A stretch of 63,948 nt of DNA, the filler included, from Raillietiella orientalis (lineage: Eukaryota), in assembly GCA_036172245.1 (NCBI GenBank). It is 3 parts of 3 records of this genome, joined end to end, with 100 filler letters (N's around TTAATTAATTAA, not from the genome) between each part and the next. Parts side by side here need not be neighbours in the genome. Positions count along the whole stretch, not along the records: positions 1 to 30,988 come from JAYWIR010000204.1; 2 more parts are not named here. One strand, given 5' to 3'. The position numbers and the translations under genes are program-made. Under the pieces are notes generated by a model. That model saw nothing but the letters and a program-made list of their open reading frames with translations. It was not told the DNA's origin and did no database searches. Position 1 is the first letter of the stretch. The number at the start of each line of letters is the position of its first letter. Positions 1 to 11,052 of this stretch are shown here, piece after piece.

Positions 1-37
1 CACCACAAAAGCACGTCCACCCTCTCAGGCGGCGGGT

Positions 38-1742
38 TGTTCACACCCGGATGTGCCGGGGCATTTATTTCATAGAAATAAACTAACAGAAAAATTGTCG
101 CGTGGCGAACCCGAAGGTTCACCACTCCATAACAGCTTGCTGGTTACCGGCTCCGTGCCGGAGAGGTCCTTCCGATGCGCGGGGATGGGAAATAAAGAAA
201 AACAAAAAGAAACAAAAAGTTCAAATGTGGGGGGGGAACAAATGTTGTAGGGATGGGAGGGCGGGGAAGGGATCACGGTGCGCGTGGAGAGGTCCTCTAG
301 ATCCTATTCAGGATCCGCACAAGCTGAGTCCTTTCAGCGCCCAAGTGGCGCCACTTGCAGAAACTTCGCGCGAAAACGCGAGTCCAGTGTAAGGCGTTGC
401 CGGTTGGCTGACGCCTTCTTCTGGTGGCGTTCCAAGCCGCCACTATTCCTCTGATGCAGCAGAGGACTGCTACACTAGCGGGCGGGGAGAAGGCGTCACT
501 ACAGAAGAGGCGCCTGAAAACGTCCTTTGGGCCGAATCCGCGCAAGTCCAGGATCGCCGCGAGACGATCCCATAAAGGGCGGATGGCACTGCACTCGATG
601 AGAAGGTGGGGGAAGGTCTCTTTTTCCCCGCACCGGTCACAATAAGGATCCAAAGCCCCCCGGGTTGTGTGATGAAGGCGTGCTTTGAATGGAAGTCCCC
701 AGAGGACCACAAGCAACGCCACATCCTGCCATTTCAGGGGGAGGGATGCACTGTTCCAGGACGCTGGGGGCCACTTCATCTCCTCCGGAGATAGTCCGAG
801 TAGCTCGCCCCAGCGTCGAATTCCGTTGGGCGGGACACTCGGCGTCGCAGCGTCAGCTAGTTCCGGCGTTGGAGCGACGTTAATCGGGCACACCACTTTG
901 GTGTGGCCCTTCGCGCCGCACGTTGGGCAAACCGCGTCCGGGCACCGCTTTTTCAAATGCCCGAACGACTTACAGTTTCCTCAAAATTTAGGTTTCCCCA
1001 CAAACCAAATGTCTACGAACTCGTCGCCAATTTGGAGCTTGTGGGGAAGCTGTACGCTTTCTCGAAGCGTCACGCGCGCGCCTACTCGCCCACTAAATGC
1101 ACCGTTCACTCCGAAGGTGTTGGGCTTTCTCCACATCGCGAAAATGCTTGCGTATTTTTCCAGTTCAGCGCGGATGGCGTTCTCATCCATCCGCTCTGTT
1201 GTCCCTGTTAGGTGGACCACAATGGAGTGGTCCACCGTGTGTGGGAGCAAATTCCTGCCCTCAAATTGTACGGGCGTGCAGAGCATCTTGTGGGTAATTG
1301 CTGCATCCTTGCAGATGAGCTCCGCCAACTGCCCTCCGCTCCGTATAGAGAGGCAAAGAATTTCATGGTCGGCAATGCCCATCTTTTTGATGGCATTGCC
1401 GAACTTTCTCGCCCTTAACGGGGAATATAAATTGCCTACCTTGTACAGCAGGACCGGATTGTATCCCTCCTGTATGTAGGAATTGATTTCGGCGGCGACA
1501 TCGGGCGTTTCCGCCGCTGCCACCGCGCTCCAGGCCCTCGCCGTAGTGGCGGGTTCAGAAGAAGTGGTGGGGCGTGATCCCACCTCCTTTGGCTTGGGAG
1601 ACGCGGTCTCCCCGCCTCCCTCACCTGAAACTGCGGCGTTCACAGGCATTTCTGCCTGTCAACGGCCGCGAAACTCACATGAAACACCAGAAAAGAAAAA
1701 CTCCTTATCCACGGAGCGCACAACAATTGCGTCCGCCGTGCA
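38..1742 (-). mobile_element. Internally deleted, non-autonomous L1/Tx1-like LINE (ORF1 fused to ORF2 C-terminal zf-RVT; no EN/RT)
   Basis: ORF1 homologous to the other ORF1 copies (YNPVLLYKVGNLYS, VDIWFVGKP, two CCHC knuckles) runs directly into the ORF2 C-terminus (ELADAAT...CDRCGEKETFPHLLIEC). It is followed by a 3' UTR and the family 3' hairpin at 38-69. Confidence 0.85.
297..1649 (-). pseudogene. Chimeric ORF1p/zf-RVT protein (~450 codons) with one in-frame TGA at 981-983
   Basis: ORFs 981..1649 and 297..956 are in the same frame: ...GKPKF*GNCKSFGHLKKRCPDAVCPTCGAKGHTKVVCP. The TGA replaces the first Cys of knuckle 1. Confidence 0.8.
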
Positions 1743-4083
1743 CCGCGCAGTCACGCGCTACTACTCCTCGTTGGACGCGGAGGAGCCCACGGAACGCAGT
1801 CTCTCCGAGCTGCTCCTTCCGACGGGCAACCCTGCAATCGACGAGGAGGAACGCGCCAGATTGGATTGGCTTTTCACGGCGGAAGAAGTATCTTTTGCCA
1901 TAGCGGGCCTGAAAAGGCGTAAGGCGCCTGGGGAAGATGGCCTGCCCGCGGAGTTTTTTCAGTGCTTCGCGGCGGAGCTCGTCCCCCTGGTGCTAAGCCT
2001 TTCCTCGCTGATGCGTGAGACAGGAGATGTTCCCGCTTCTTTCCGCTCAGCAAAGGTGCGGCTCCTGCCGAAAGGCGGTGATTTGCGCCACCTCAGTAAC
2101 TGGCGTCCGATCACATTGGTGAATTCGGACGTCAAGTTGTTCTCCAGGCTATGGGTCGCGCGCCTGGGGAGAATCGCAGAGTCCTTGGTAAGTCCGGAGC
2201 AGACGTATGCTGTTTCGGGGCGGTCCATGGACGCGAATCTCTTCTTCGCGCGAACATGGTTCGAGTTGCAGCAGCGCGTGGCGCAGCAGAGCCAGGCAGC
2301 CGAAATCGCCGCTGCCAAAGGAAAGCGGCGGTGTTCAATGCACGATTGAACGCCGGGAGCCTTAGCGGTCGCCGTCGATCTCTGCAAAGCGTTCGACAGC
2401 GTAAATCAGGACCTCCTTCTGGAGCCTCTGGGACGCCTAGGGCTCCCGACGCACCTCATCGCCTACTTGCGCTCCTGCTGGCGCTACGCGTTATGCTGTA
2501 TCTCTTTCAGCGGGCGTCACGTGTACGGTGTTTCCATACGGCGGGGTATCAGGCAGAGAGACAGATTAAGCCCCCTCCTCTTCAGCATCTTCTTTGAGTT
2601 GGTTCTGAGGGCGTACAGGCTGACGCTATCCAACCTGCCGAGCTCCTGCCCGGGAACAGCGGCCGTGGCCGCCTATGCTGACGACCTTCTCCTGCTGCTG
2701 CCCATGTCCACCCCGGCGTTCCCTTGGGCGCCTTCTGTTCAGCAGAAGCGTGATCGGACTGCCTTCACAAGGCAGACTGCTCTGGGCCCGCTCCAAGTCT
2801 GCAGGTTTCTCCTGTCGGAACGGGCCTTCGTGTGGAACATTTTAGTTGCCACCCTCCTCCGTCCCCTCTTTTTTGTTTGTCCCCCTCCCTACTCGGCTGA
2901 GCGCCGGGCGCAAGGCCTGTTGCGTAACGCCCTGTGGGGACCGGAGAGGTCCAGGATACGCCTGAAGGACTTGGCGTTTCCTCGGCGGGATGCAGGTTTG
3001 GGCATCCTGACGCTGGAGCCGATCGAACTGCTAGTGCAGTTCTGCATGCTGGCACTTTGTGCGCAGCTCTGGACTACTCCCTGGTGTGCTCCAGCGCGGC
3101 TGCTGCTGCGACGCAGCACGGGTGGCGACGGACTACGTTCGTTGCATTTGCGCACGGAGCGCGCCCAGAGAGCATTCGGCTTCCCTTTGAAACAGCTCGC
3201 CACGCTTCTGGGAAAGCATGAGTGGATCTCCTGCCGGCCGACGAACTTCAACGCCTGGAGGCAGGAAGCCTTATCGTCCTGGGAAGCGCAACAGGATGTG
3301 TCGCGTTTGGAACTCCGTTGCGTGAAACTTTCCCCATACTGTCCAGTGGGGGAGGTGCTGGAAGACCAGGACCAGTGGACACTCCTATTCGCTACGGCAC
3401 TCGCCGCAGCACTGTGTGCACTGATGGTGCGAGATGACAGTGACCTGCCGGCGAGGTGGGAGATCACTAGCGAAATCGCAGGCGAAACCCGACTGCTGGG
3501 CGGCTGGCGGACTTGCGAAGTGGCAGACGCTGCCACAGCTCGCATTCTTGCTAAGGGGCTTCTCCGGTGGAGTGAGCTCCTCGGGGTGCCCACCGATGAA
3601 CTTGTGGTCCCTTCTGCGTGTTTGGACGCGACTCTCTTCCCCCTTCGGTGGAAGAAGGACGCTTTTCTGCTGGTGCATTTGGGTTTGTACTGCAACCAGA
3701 GGGCGCACCTGATTTCCGGTGGAGTTGCGTCCTCGAACTGTGCCAAATGCGGAGCGGTGGAATCGCTTCCGCATTTGCTGTTGGAGTGCGGTGCCCTCCA
3801 GGAGCTGTGGCAGCGGCTGTTTTCAGCGGTCCTGCATCCTGGACACACCGCACTGGATTGGATGCGCCGCTTCTACTCGCGTGGCGAACTTTGTCTTGGA
3901 GCGTTCGACGCAATCATCTGCTGCGTCCGCGCCATTGTCAGAGCCCGCTACGTATTGCAGATGCGGGCAGTCTCAACATCGGTCCCCGACACCGCAGCCT
4001 GCAACCTGCAAATGGCTGCCGGGTGGCCACATCTTGGAGCAAAAGTGAGGATGGAGATCGGCGGCTTTCACCGCCGGTTCTAA
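1743..4083 (+). pseudogene. LINE ORF2 reverse transcriptase + zf-RVT (5'-interrupted, TGA at 2347-2349, deletion after YADD)
   Basis: ORFs 1483..2349 and 2467..4083 share a frame across one TGA. Relative to the copy at 29468-30565, the segment SSLEYFF...YL after LPMSTP is missing. Confidence 0.85.
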
Positions 4084-4290
4084 GAACAGGAACGATTAGA
4101 CTGTAAACCTCTATCCCCGCCCTCCCACCCAGTTTATTTATTTATTGTCCCACCCCCTCCGGTTCCGAACTCTCAGTGTGTCCGTACTGCGTTCCGGGAA
4201 ATCTACTCCCCATTTTCTGTTCCTCTTGCCTCGGAAAACAGTTCTCAGTTGATATCATAATAAACGTCCCGGCGCAACCGGGTAATAAAC
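1743..4290 (+). mobile_element. L1/Tx1-like LINE, 3' part (RT, zf-RVT, 3' UTR, terminal hairpin)
   Basis: RT motifs KAPGEDGLPAEFF, WRPITLVNSDVKLF, VDLCKAFDSV, GIRQRDRLSPLLF and YADD; zf-RVT CAKCGAVESLPHLLLEC; 3' motif at 4259-4290. Confidence 0.92.
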
Positions 4291-5480
4291 GACAACGCTG
4301 CATTCTTCAATTTGCTCGCTTGCCTGCTGTTTTTTCTGGCGGTACGCGAGCTTTTTGTCCATCCTCCTCTCCTTCTTTGGTTTTTGGCCGTTGCCAACTG
4401 CCACCCAGGCTCCTGGCTTGTTCCCTCGACTTGTTCGGCGTTGTTCGCCGGGATCTCGGGTGCGGCCTGGGCCTTGGGCGCGGGTGGCACAGCCTTGGCG
4501 GCATCTTTCGCCGCCAGCCTTCTCTGCAGAAGCCATGCACGTTTTTAAAGGTATCTCTAGGAAAGCACCCGCACTGCTGCTTTAGGGCACACCTCCCTCG
4601 TGTGTCTCATGGTTGCGCATACTTGGCACTGCACATTAAGACACCTCTTTTTGATGTGGCCCGACGTATTGCAGAAGCCACATTATTTCGGTTTCCCCAC
4701 ATACCAGAGGTCGACGGTTTCGCCTTCGACCACCAGTTTGTGAAGAAGAGTGCAGTTCTCATAAACGGTCACGCGCGCAGCAGTAAGGCCGTGCTGCAGC
4801 CCCGTGTAGTCCTAGAAAGGACTAACTTTCGTCCACTGCGCGTGGACCGTTCCAAATTTTCTAGCGCGGCGCGAACCTGTTCCTTGCGCATTCGCGCGGT
4901 ACCACCTAACAGGTGGACCACCATGCTGCGGTCCGCCGTAATAGGGAGGAGCCTGCGCGTCCTTATCACCACGGGGGTTTGAAGCTGTCGTTGGGCCAGC
5001 TCTGCTTGTTTGCAGATGACCTCAACGTACTGACCCCCGCTGCGGATGGTCATAGCGCTGAGCTCCTCCTCTTTCACCTCGAGAGCGCGCATGCCCTTCG
5101 AAAAGGCGCGCGCGTTCTCTAAAGAATATAAATTGCTTACTTTGTAGAACAATGAGGGGTTGTACTTCTCCTCTACATACTCCGACAATTCCGCCGCGGC
5201 TGCAGGCGATGGCGCCGACACAACGGCGCCCCACGCCCGCGCTGCAGGGGGACCGATTCTGTGGGGGCGCATGCCCCCACTTCCATCGCCTCCGGGGGCG
5301 ACGTTGCCGCCTCCCCCTGGCTCTCCATCGCCTCTGGGGGTGGCGTTGCCGCTGCTTCCTGGCCGTCACTGGTGTTCGCGTCATGGATCGCTGCCTGATC
5401 GACCACCGAACCACACGACGCTTGCACTGGGGGAGACTTCCTGGCATGAGGAGCATCGAGAAAACACGTCCACACTAGAG
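4291..5480 (-). mobile_element. LINE 5' part (5' motif + frameshifted ORF1), cut in the ORF1 tail
   Basis: ARAWGAVVSAPS, YNPSLFYKVSNLYS, ADRSMVVHLLG and a knuckle region near 4570-4690; 5' motif GGACGTGTTTT at 5461-5471 (minus). Confidence 0.88.
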
Positions 5481-7541
5481 CACGCAAAGCGTTCGACTGC
5501 GTGACTCAGGATCTCCACCTGAAGCTCCTGGTACGCCTCGGTCTGCCGGTGAACCTCGTGGCCTCTTTGCGCGCCTGCTGGCGGCATTCGCTCAATTTTA
5601 TTTCTTTTAGCAGCTGCCACGTGTACGGCGTGCCGGTGTGCCAGGGCGTCAGGCAAGGTAAAAGCTTAAGCCCATTGCCCTCTAGAATCTTCTTTGAGTT
5701 GGTGCAGAAGGCGTACAGGCTGACGCTGTATAACCTGGAGAGCTTTTGTCCAGAACGCCGTCCGCGGCTTTCTATGCTGACGGTCTTCTTCTCCTTTTAC
5801 CCATGTCTTCCAGTCTCGCGGACTTCTTCGAGGTGATTCGCCGGGGACTGGGCGTAAGCGTAAACCGGAGCAAGAGCGTGGTCGTTCCTATTGGTACGGC
5901 GTGGGAGGGGCAGTCCTTCTGGATCCACCTGGGGATCGCGACTGCTTTCTCCATTTTATATCTAGGCGTTCCACTGGGGAACATCAGCTTAGTGGAAGTG
6001 TAGTGGGACGTTTTCGGAAGGCTACGAGTGCACTGCGCCCGTTCTGCCATGGCAGGTTCGGGCCGCGATATGGAACACTTTCGTTGCCCTCCTCTTGCGC
6101 TTCCTGTTTTTTCTTTGCCCGCCATCAGACTCGGCGAAGCTTCAGGCGCACACCCTGTTGACGAATGGACTGTGGGATCCTGCGCGGTCCAGGTTCCGCC
6201 TGAAAGTCTTGGCGGCTCCGCGTCGGGATGCTAGCTTAGGCATCCTGACGCTGGGGAGAATCGAACTGCTGGTGCAGCTTCGGATGTTGGCCCTGTGCGC
6301 CAACCTTTGTTTCACCACGTGGTGCGCTCCTGCGCGCCTGCTCCTGCGGCAATGTACCGGCAGCAATGAACTTCTGTCGCTGCGACCGCACACGTAGCGC
6401 TCCACGAGTAGCTTCGGTTTCCCGTTTGAACCACTCTACCGGCATTTGGCAGCCCAATCATGGATCTCCTGCCGTTCAACGAACTCTGATTCCTGGTGGC
6501 AAAAACCGTTGCATGGCTGGGAAAAGCACCAGGGTGTTTCTCTCCTGGATCTTCGTTGCATTCACCTCTTCCCGTACTGCACGGTGGATGAGGAGTTCAA
6601 CAGCCAGGAGAAGTGTACTCGCCTGGCCGTCACGCCCCTCGCCGACGCGCTGTCAGCCCTCAGAGCAAGAGATGACAGCTGCGAACCGGCGAGATGGGAG
6701 GTCGCTGCACCATCGTAGGAAGAACACGACCTATTGGCGGCTGTAGGACTTGCGAGCTGGCAGACGCCGCAACGCCTCCCCACATCCCGAAGGGACTATT
6801 TCGATGGAGTGAACTCTTGAGTGTGGCCCCCGAAGAACTTGTGGTCCCTCCCTCCTATATAAACACTTCTGTGTTCTCCCTTTAGTGGAAGCAGTACGTC
6901 ATCATACTGCTGCATTGGGGTTTTCACTCCAACCAGCGGACGAACCTTGTTTCCGGAAGAGTTGTCTCCTCAAACTGTAAGCGGTACGAAGAAGTGGAAA
7001 CACTCCCGCACCTGCTACTGGACTGCGGTGCTCTCCTAGGAGAGTGGCGGAGGCTGGCCTCAGCTCTTCTGCACCAGGGGGACACCACGAGAGACTTGAT
7101 GCGCCGCTTCTTTACGCCAGGCGTCTTTGGGTAATGTCGTTGCAACCGTGTGTTGCACCCGCGCCATCCAAAAGGCTCACCGAGAGTTGGAGACGCTGGC
7201 CAACCTTCGTCAGCTCACCGGATTAGCCAGCACAAGCATGTCGTCGGCTGCCGAGTGGGCTCAACTGCCACAGGACGTAAGGAGAGAGATCGCCGGCATC
7301 CATCGCTGGTTTTGAAAGGAAGGAACGGCGTTACCAAAGTCCGCTGTCTCCGGCCCTTCATATTTTCATTTTTTTTATAGTAGTGTATTTGTGGTCCCCT
7401 CTCTTCCTTTCCGTACTTTTGGCATACCGACCTGCGTGTCTGGGATCCCACCCCCTTCGTCTCTTGTTTTTTCCTTTTTCCAAGAACTCTGTACCTTGAT
7501 AGTTTCTTAATAAACGCCCCGGCGCACCCGGGTGATGAACA
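5481..7541 (+). mobile_element. LINE 3' part (RT from KAFD onward, zf-RVT, 3' UTR, hairpin), degenerate
   Basis: KAFDCV, GVRQGKSLSPL, YADG (mutated YADD), YLGVPLG, TCELADAAT; several stops and frameshifts; 3' motif at 7509-7541. Confidence 0.9.
7509..7541 (+). other. Family-wide LINE 3'-terminal signal (AATAAA + CCCGG-N5-CCGGG hairpin + TGATGAACA); representative copy
   Basis: Also at 38-69(-), 4259-4290(+), 10069-10098(-), 11021-11050(+), 14570-14602(+), 27089-27119(+), 28507-28540(-). Confidence 0.85.
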
Positions 7542-9560
7542 GTTCGTACCCCGCGATGGTCTCGTTCTCCTGGACCTCTGCCGCGGTGTTAACGTGGATC
7601 TCTCGAAGCAGGCTCAGGTCGAGTTCACGCAGGGTGTCGGCCGTATCTCGCCTGTTACCTTGGTCGCGCAGCCCGTTGACATTCCGCGACGACTGTCGAG
7701 CCCAGGTGTTACTCCTGGAAAAGTTGCAGTACGGCGTCCGTCACCTGCTGGGGCGGGATGCTATGTGGAGGAGGAGGGTTATGTGCTCAAGGCACCTGGT
7801 CCCCCTCCTCCATGGGTAACGGCTCGTCGAGCGGGTCACACGCAGTTGGGGTCGCGCCTACCGGTTGGCTCTCCTCCATGGGGGCGGGCTGTTCAGGGTC
7901 GGCGCCTGCAGGAAGGACTTCACCCACCTGCTCACCCTCCTCCATGGGGTGGCCAGCTCGACGGCTTCCGAGCGTGGGAGTTCCCCCTCCGGGAATCTCA
8001 CGCTTCCGCTACCTTTCTGCTTCTCCTCCTCTCTGGTGGAGGGCAGGCGCCTCCTGGGCTTCTGGGGCTAGCGTCCCGACTTCCTGGTGGGCGCCTCCGC
8101 GGAGGAGGACGAACTTCGGTCCCCCAGGTCGCATTCACCTGCAGGGGCCTTCTTTGCTGGAGCCGGCCTTTGCACGGCCTTGCGCGGGAAGTTCTCACGC
8201 TCCTCCGGCGTGGCCGCGAGCTCCTCCGCCGCCTTCGCGTAGGCGGCGTCCTCGCCGGCGGCGAGCGCTTCGCGAGGCTAACCCTCTGTTTGCACAGAGG
8301 GTTCGCCGTCGCGAACCTCGGGCGCGCCAGAAACGGCGAGGGGAGGCTCGTCGCCCCGGGTGGCAGCCTCGGGAGCGATGACGAGTTTCAGTGCTACCTA
8401 GCACTCGCGGAAAGTTTTCGATCGCGTACCGGGTTTCTTTGTTTTCGCGATCTTCTTTTTCCCTGCTTTCTCCGGTTCTTCGTTGGAACCCTTCCTCTCT
8501 TTTCTGGCTTTTACAACCTGCCAGCCTACTTAACCTTCTTATGCTTGGTACGGTTGTTCCTCCGAATTTTGCGCCGGAGGTTCAGGTGCTGGCAGCTTCT
8601 CCCGTCCACTTTCTGCCTTCGGTCTTGCGACCTTTAATGCGCGTTTCCCCTGCGCTTTTTTGGCGGCAGGAGGAAGCGGGGTGGGGCGCTTGGGGCACAC
8701 GCACCGAACGTGACCTCGTTCTTCGCACAGGTAGTACTATATGTTCGGATACCTTTTGCGTAGGTGTCCTACTGTGTTACAGTGCCCACAGTAGCGTGGT
8801 TTTCCCACGTATCAGAGGTCTACGGCTTCCTGGGAGAACTCGAGCTTGTGAGGTAGCGCTCTACCCTCCTTCACGGTGACACACGCTGCGGCCTGGCCCC
8901 CGAAAACGCTATTGTAGCCCTCAAAAATAGAAGCTTTTAACCTCAGCTCGTGAACCTCTCCGAATTTTTTCAATTCCTCACCAACCGCAGACCGCATCAT
9001 GCGGCTGGTGATGCCGGTCCGATGCACCACTACGGAGCGGTCCATCGTGACTGGTAGGATCTTGCGCCCATCCCTGTCCAGCGGGGTGGTGATCAGACTT
9101 TGCGTCAAGTAATTTCCTTACAGACAACCTGGACCCGCTGACCCCCGCTAAGCACGGAGAGGCCGTCACGATCCTTTGCTAAAAATATTGGCGTTCTGCA
9201 GCGCTTTCGTGAAGGCGCGTGCAGTTCGCCCATAGAAAAGCTTGCCTACCTGGTAGAGTAGCGAAGGTTCATAACCCGCTACCTTGTAGGCTTCCATCTC
9301 GGTCATGGCTTTCGCGCTAGGCGCGGCACCCATGGCTCTCCAACTCCTCGCCTTGCGCGGAGAGGGCGATTCCGGGGATGATGGCCCTGTTCCATTTGGC
9401 TGTGGGGGAGTACTAGCCTCCCCCACGCTTACATTAAGCGCAGTGTTCTCTGGCATCGTCGCCATCGGACACCGGCGATGTGTGAAAACACGAATACTAG
9501 CAAAGAAACTCTCTCCAAGCCTGGCTGACGAAGCGTGAAAAAAACACGTCTGTACTCGAC
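7542..9560 (-). mobile_element. LINE 5' part: 5' motif, degenerate ORF1 (ATG 9465 to TAA 7709) and start of the APE endonuclease
   Basis: Colinear with the copy at 60992-63050 (SPRKARSWRAM, YEPSLLYQVG, MDRSVVVH, three PMEE repeats). An EIHV-containing EN start lies at 7542-7690. Confidence 0.88.
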
Positions 9561-10068
9561 GAGTGGAATCTGGGGACCGGGTCCGCAACGAAAATTCGTA
9601 TTTGTATGCCCGTGGTTACGCGAAGAAATCAACGTACGTCGCTTGGCAGAATACCGCGTCGAGACAGAGAGCGAAGCCTGGCAATCCGGGTCGGCCAGCT
9701 TGCTGGACGACCAGTGCCGGGAACACATATCCCCGGCGTCGGTACGGAATCTCCTGTTGTGCTATTATTCCTCCCTTTATGCGAGACCCCCCCGGTACGA
9801 GACGATTTTTGGCGCTTGCTTCCAGATGCTGCCCTTGTAATAGGGGAGGAGGAGAAGTTGAGCTCCGACGAGCCTTCTACACCGGCAAAATTCTCGCCGG
9901 TAACCAAAGGCTCAAGAGGCGTTAAGCTCCTAGGGAGGACGGCTTGACCGCAAATTTTCTCCAGTGCTTAGCGGAAGAACTGGCACTCCCGGTGCTTCAG
10001 TTGACAAGACTGATACGAGACGAAGACTTTGGGCAGCCAAGATAAACCACAGGAGCAACGAAACGTTG
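9561..10068 (+). mobile_element. Degenerate LINE ORF2 fragment (EN-RT linker to RT start)
   Basis: NVRRLAEYR..EAWQSG, YYSSLYAR and APREDGLTANFLQC match 63770-63930 and 1760-1990. Confidence 0.8.
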
Positions 10069-10690
10069 ATGTTCACCCGGATGAGCCGGGACATTGATTT
10101 TAAAAATTCTTACAAAGCAAAATTTCATGATAAAATCATTTGTTTTCAATGTTTGGTTTTTCTTTTATTTTTCTGGTCGACACACATGACCAAACTGTCT
10201 TCGGGCACTTATCCTTACCGACCCGTAAGTCTATAAAGTTCCCTATTGGCGCACGGGATGCAAGAAAACCAAAAAATAGATTGAAATAAGCAAACAACAA
10301 AAACGATGGAAGGCACAAGGTTTTTTTGGAGGGGAGAAAAGGGAAGGGATCACAGTGCACCGTAGAAAGGGCTTTGTATCCGGGTTTGGATGCGAAGAAG
10401 TGCCGACCAATTTTTTGTGAAGTCGCCTCCCACGGGAAGACTTCTGCAAAGAGACGGTTGCTCAGTGATAGCATTGCAACATCTTCGTCCTCTCCTTGTT
10501 GCCGTCCACTTCTCCAGAATTCCGCGTAAGCAGCAGAGCACTGCTACACCTGCGGGGCTGAAATGTGTCTTGCAACTGGAGGCGTCTAAAAATGTTTTTT
10601 CGGTCGCCAATGCCACAATGTGTAGGGCAGATGAGTGTCTATCCCTCATCTGGCGGAGAGCAACACACTCCACCATCTCTTTGCAGGAGG
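10069..10690 (-). mobile_element. LINE 3' end (zf-RVT tail, 3' UTR, hairpin)
   Basis: VAVLCCLRGILEKWTATRRGRR matches VAVLCCIRGIVAAWNATRRRR of 297..956; CCCGG-CTCAT-CCGGG-TGAAC at 10071-10090 (minus). Confidence 0.8.
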
Positions 10691-11052
10691 CGTCAATTCA
10701 GTGCGTACTAAGAAAACTTCTGTTGGCACTTGGTGGCATCCATACCCGGATGCAAAGGCCTCCATACGGAGTACCGCGATCAGTTCTATTCCCCCCCCCT
10801 TCCAAAAAGCATTGTCTTCCCAGTCGTTTGCTTTTTTTTTTTCCCTGTATCTTTTTAGCCTTCTGAGCCTGTGAAGAGGTCCTTACCTGCTTGAAGCTCG
10901 GTAAGGACAAGTGTTTAAAGACCTTCAGAACTCTATCTGCTGAAACATAAAAAAAAAAATCTTTATTGATTTTTTTAAAAGACAGCGTTTTATGGAATTT
11001 TGATACAAGAAAATTTCAATAATAAAAGCCCCGGATTACTCGAGTGAAGATC
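10691..11052 (+). mobile_element. LINE 3' UTR fragment with degenerate terminal motif
   Basis: Similar to the reverse complement of 10070-10430; AATAAAAGCCCCGGATTACTCGAGTGAAGA at 11021-11050. Confidence 0.7.

Noticed and set aside
981..2349. UGA recoding suggested by lone in-frame TGAs (981, 2347, ~2750)
   Set aside because: They fall at different ancestral residues (Cys at 981, Trp at ~2750), and TAA/TAG stops and frameshifts disrupt other copies. This is ordinary decay.
7509..7541. 3' hairpin as a Helitron end or bacterial terminator
   Set aside because: No CTRR terminus or U-tract; it consistently follows LINE zf-RVT/3' UTR sequence.
685..8637. Long antisense ORFs (685..1479, 2889..3848, 4176..4982, 7594..8637) as genes
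   Set aside because: They are shadow frames of GC-rich LINE coding sequence on the opposite strand.
1650..9700. Twin-priming 5' inversions as the sole cause of the head-to-head junctions
   Set aside because: The geometry fits, but the 60991 case joins two diverged copies of the same region. It also does not explain why the 3' ends land in antisense LINE sequence. Not excluded for individual junctions.
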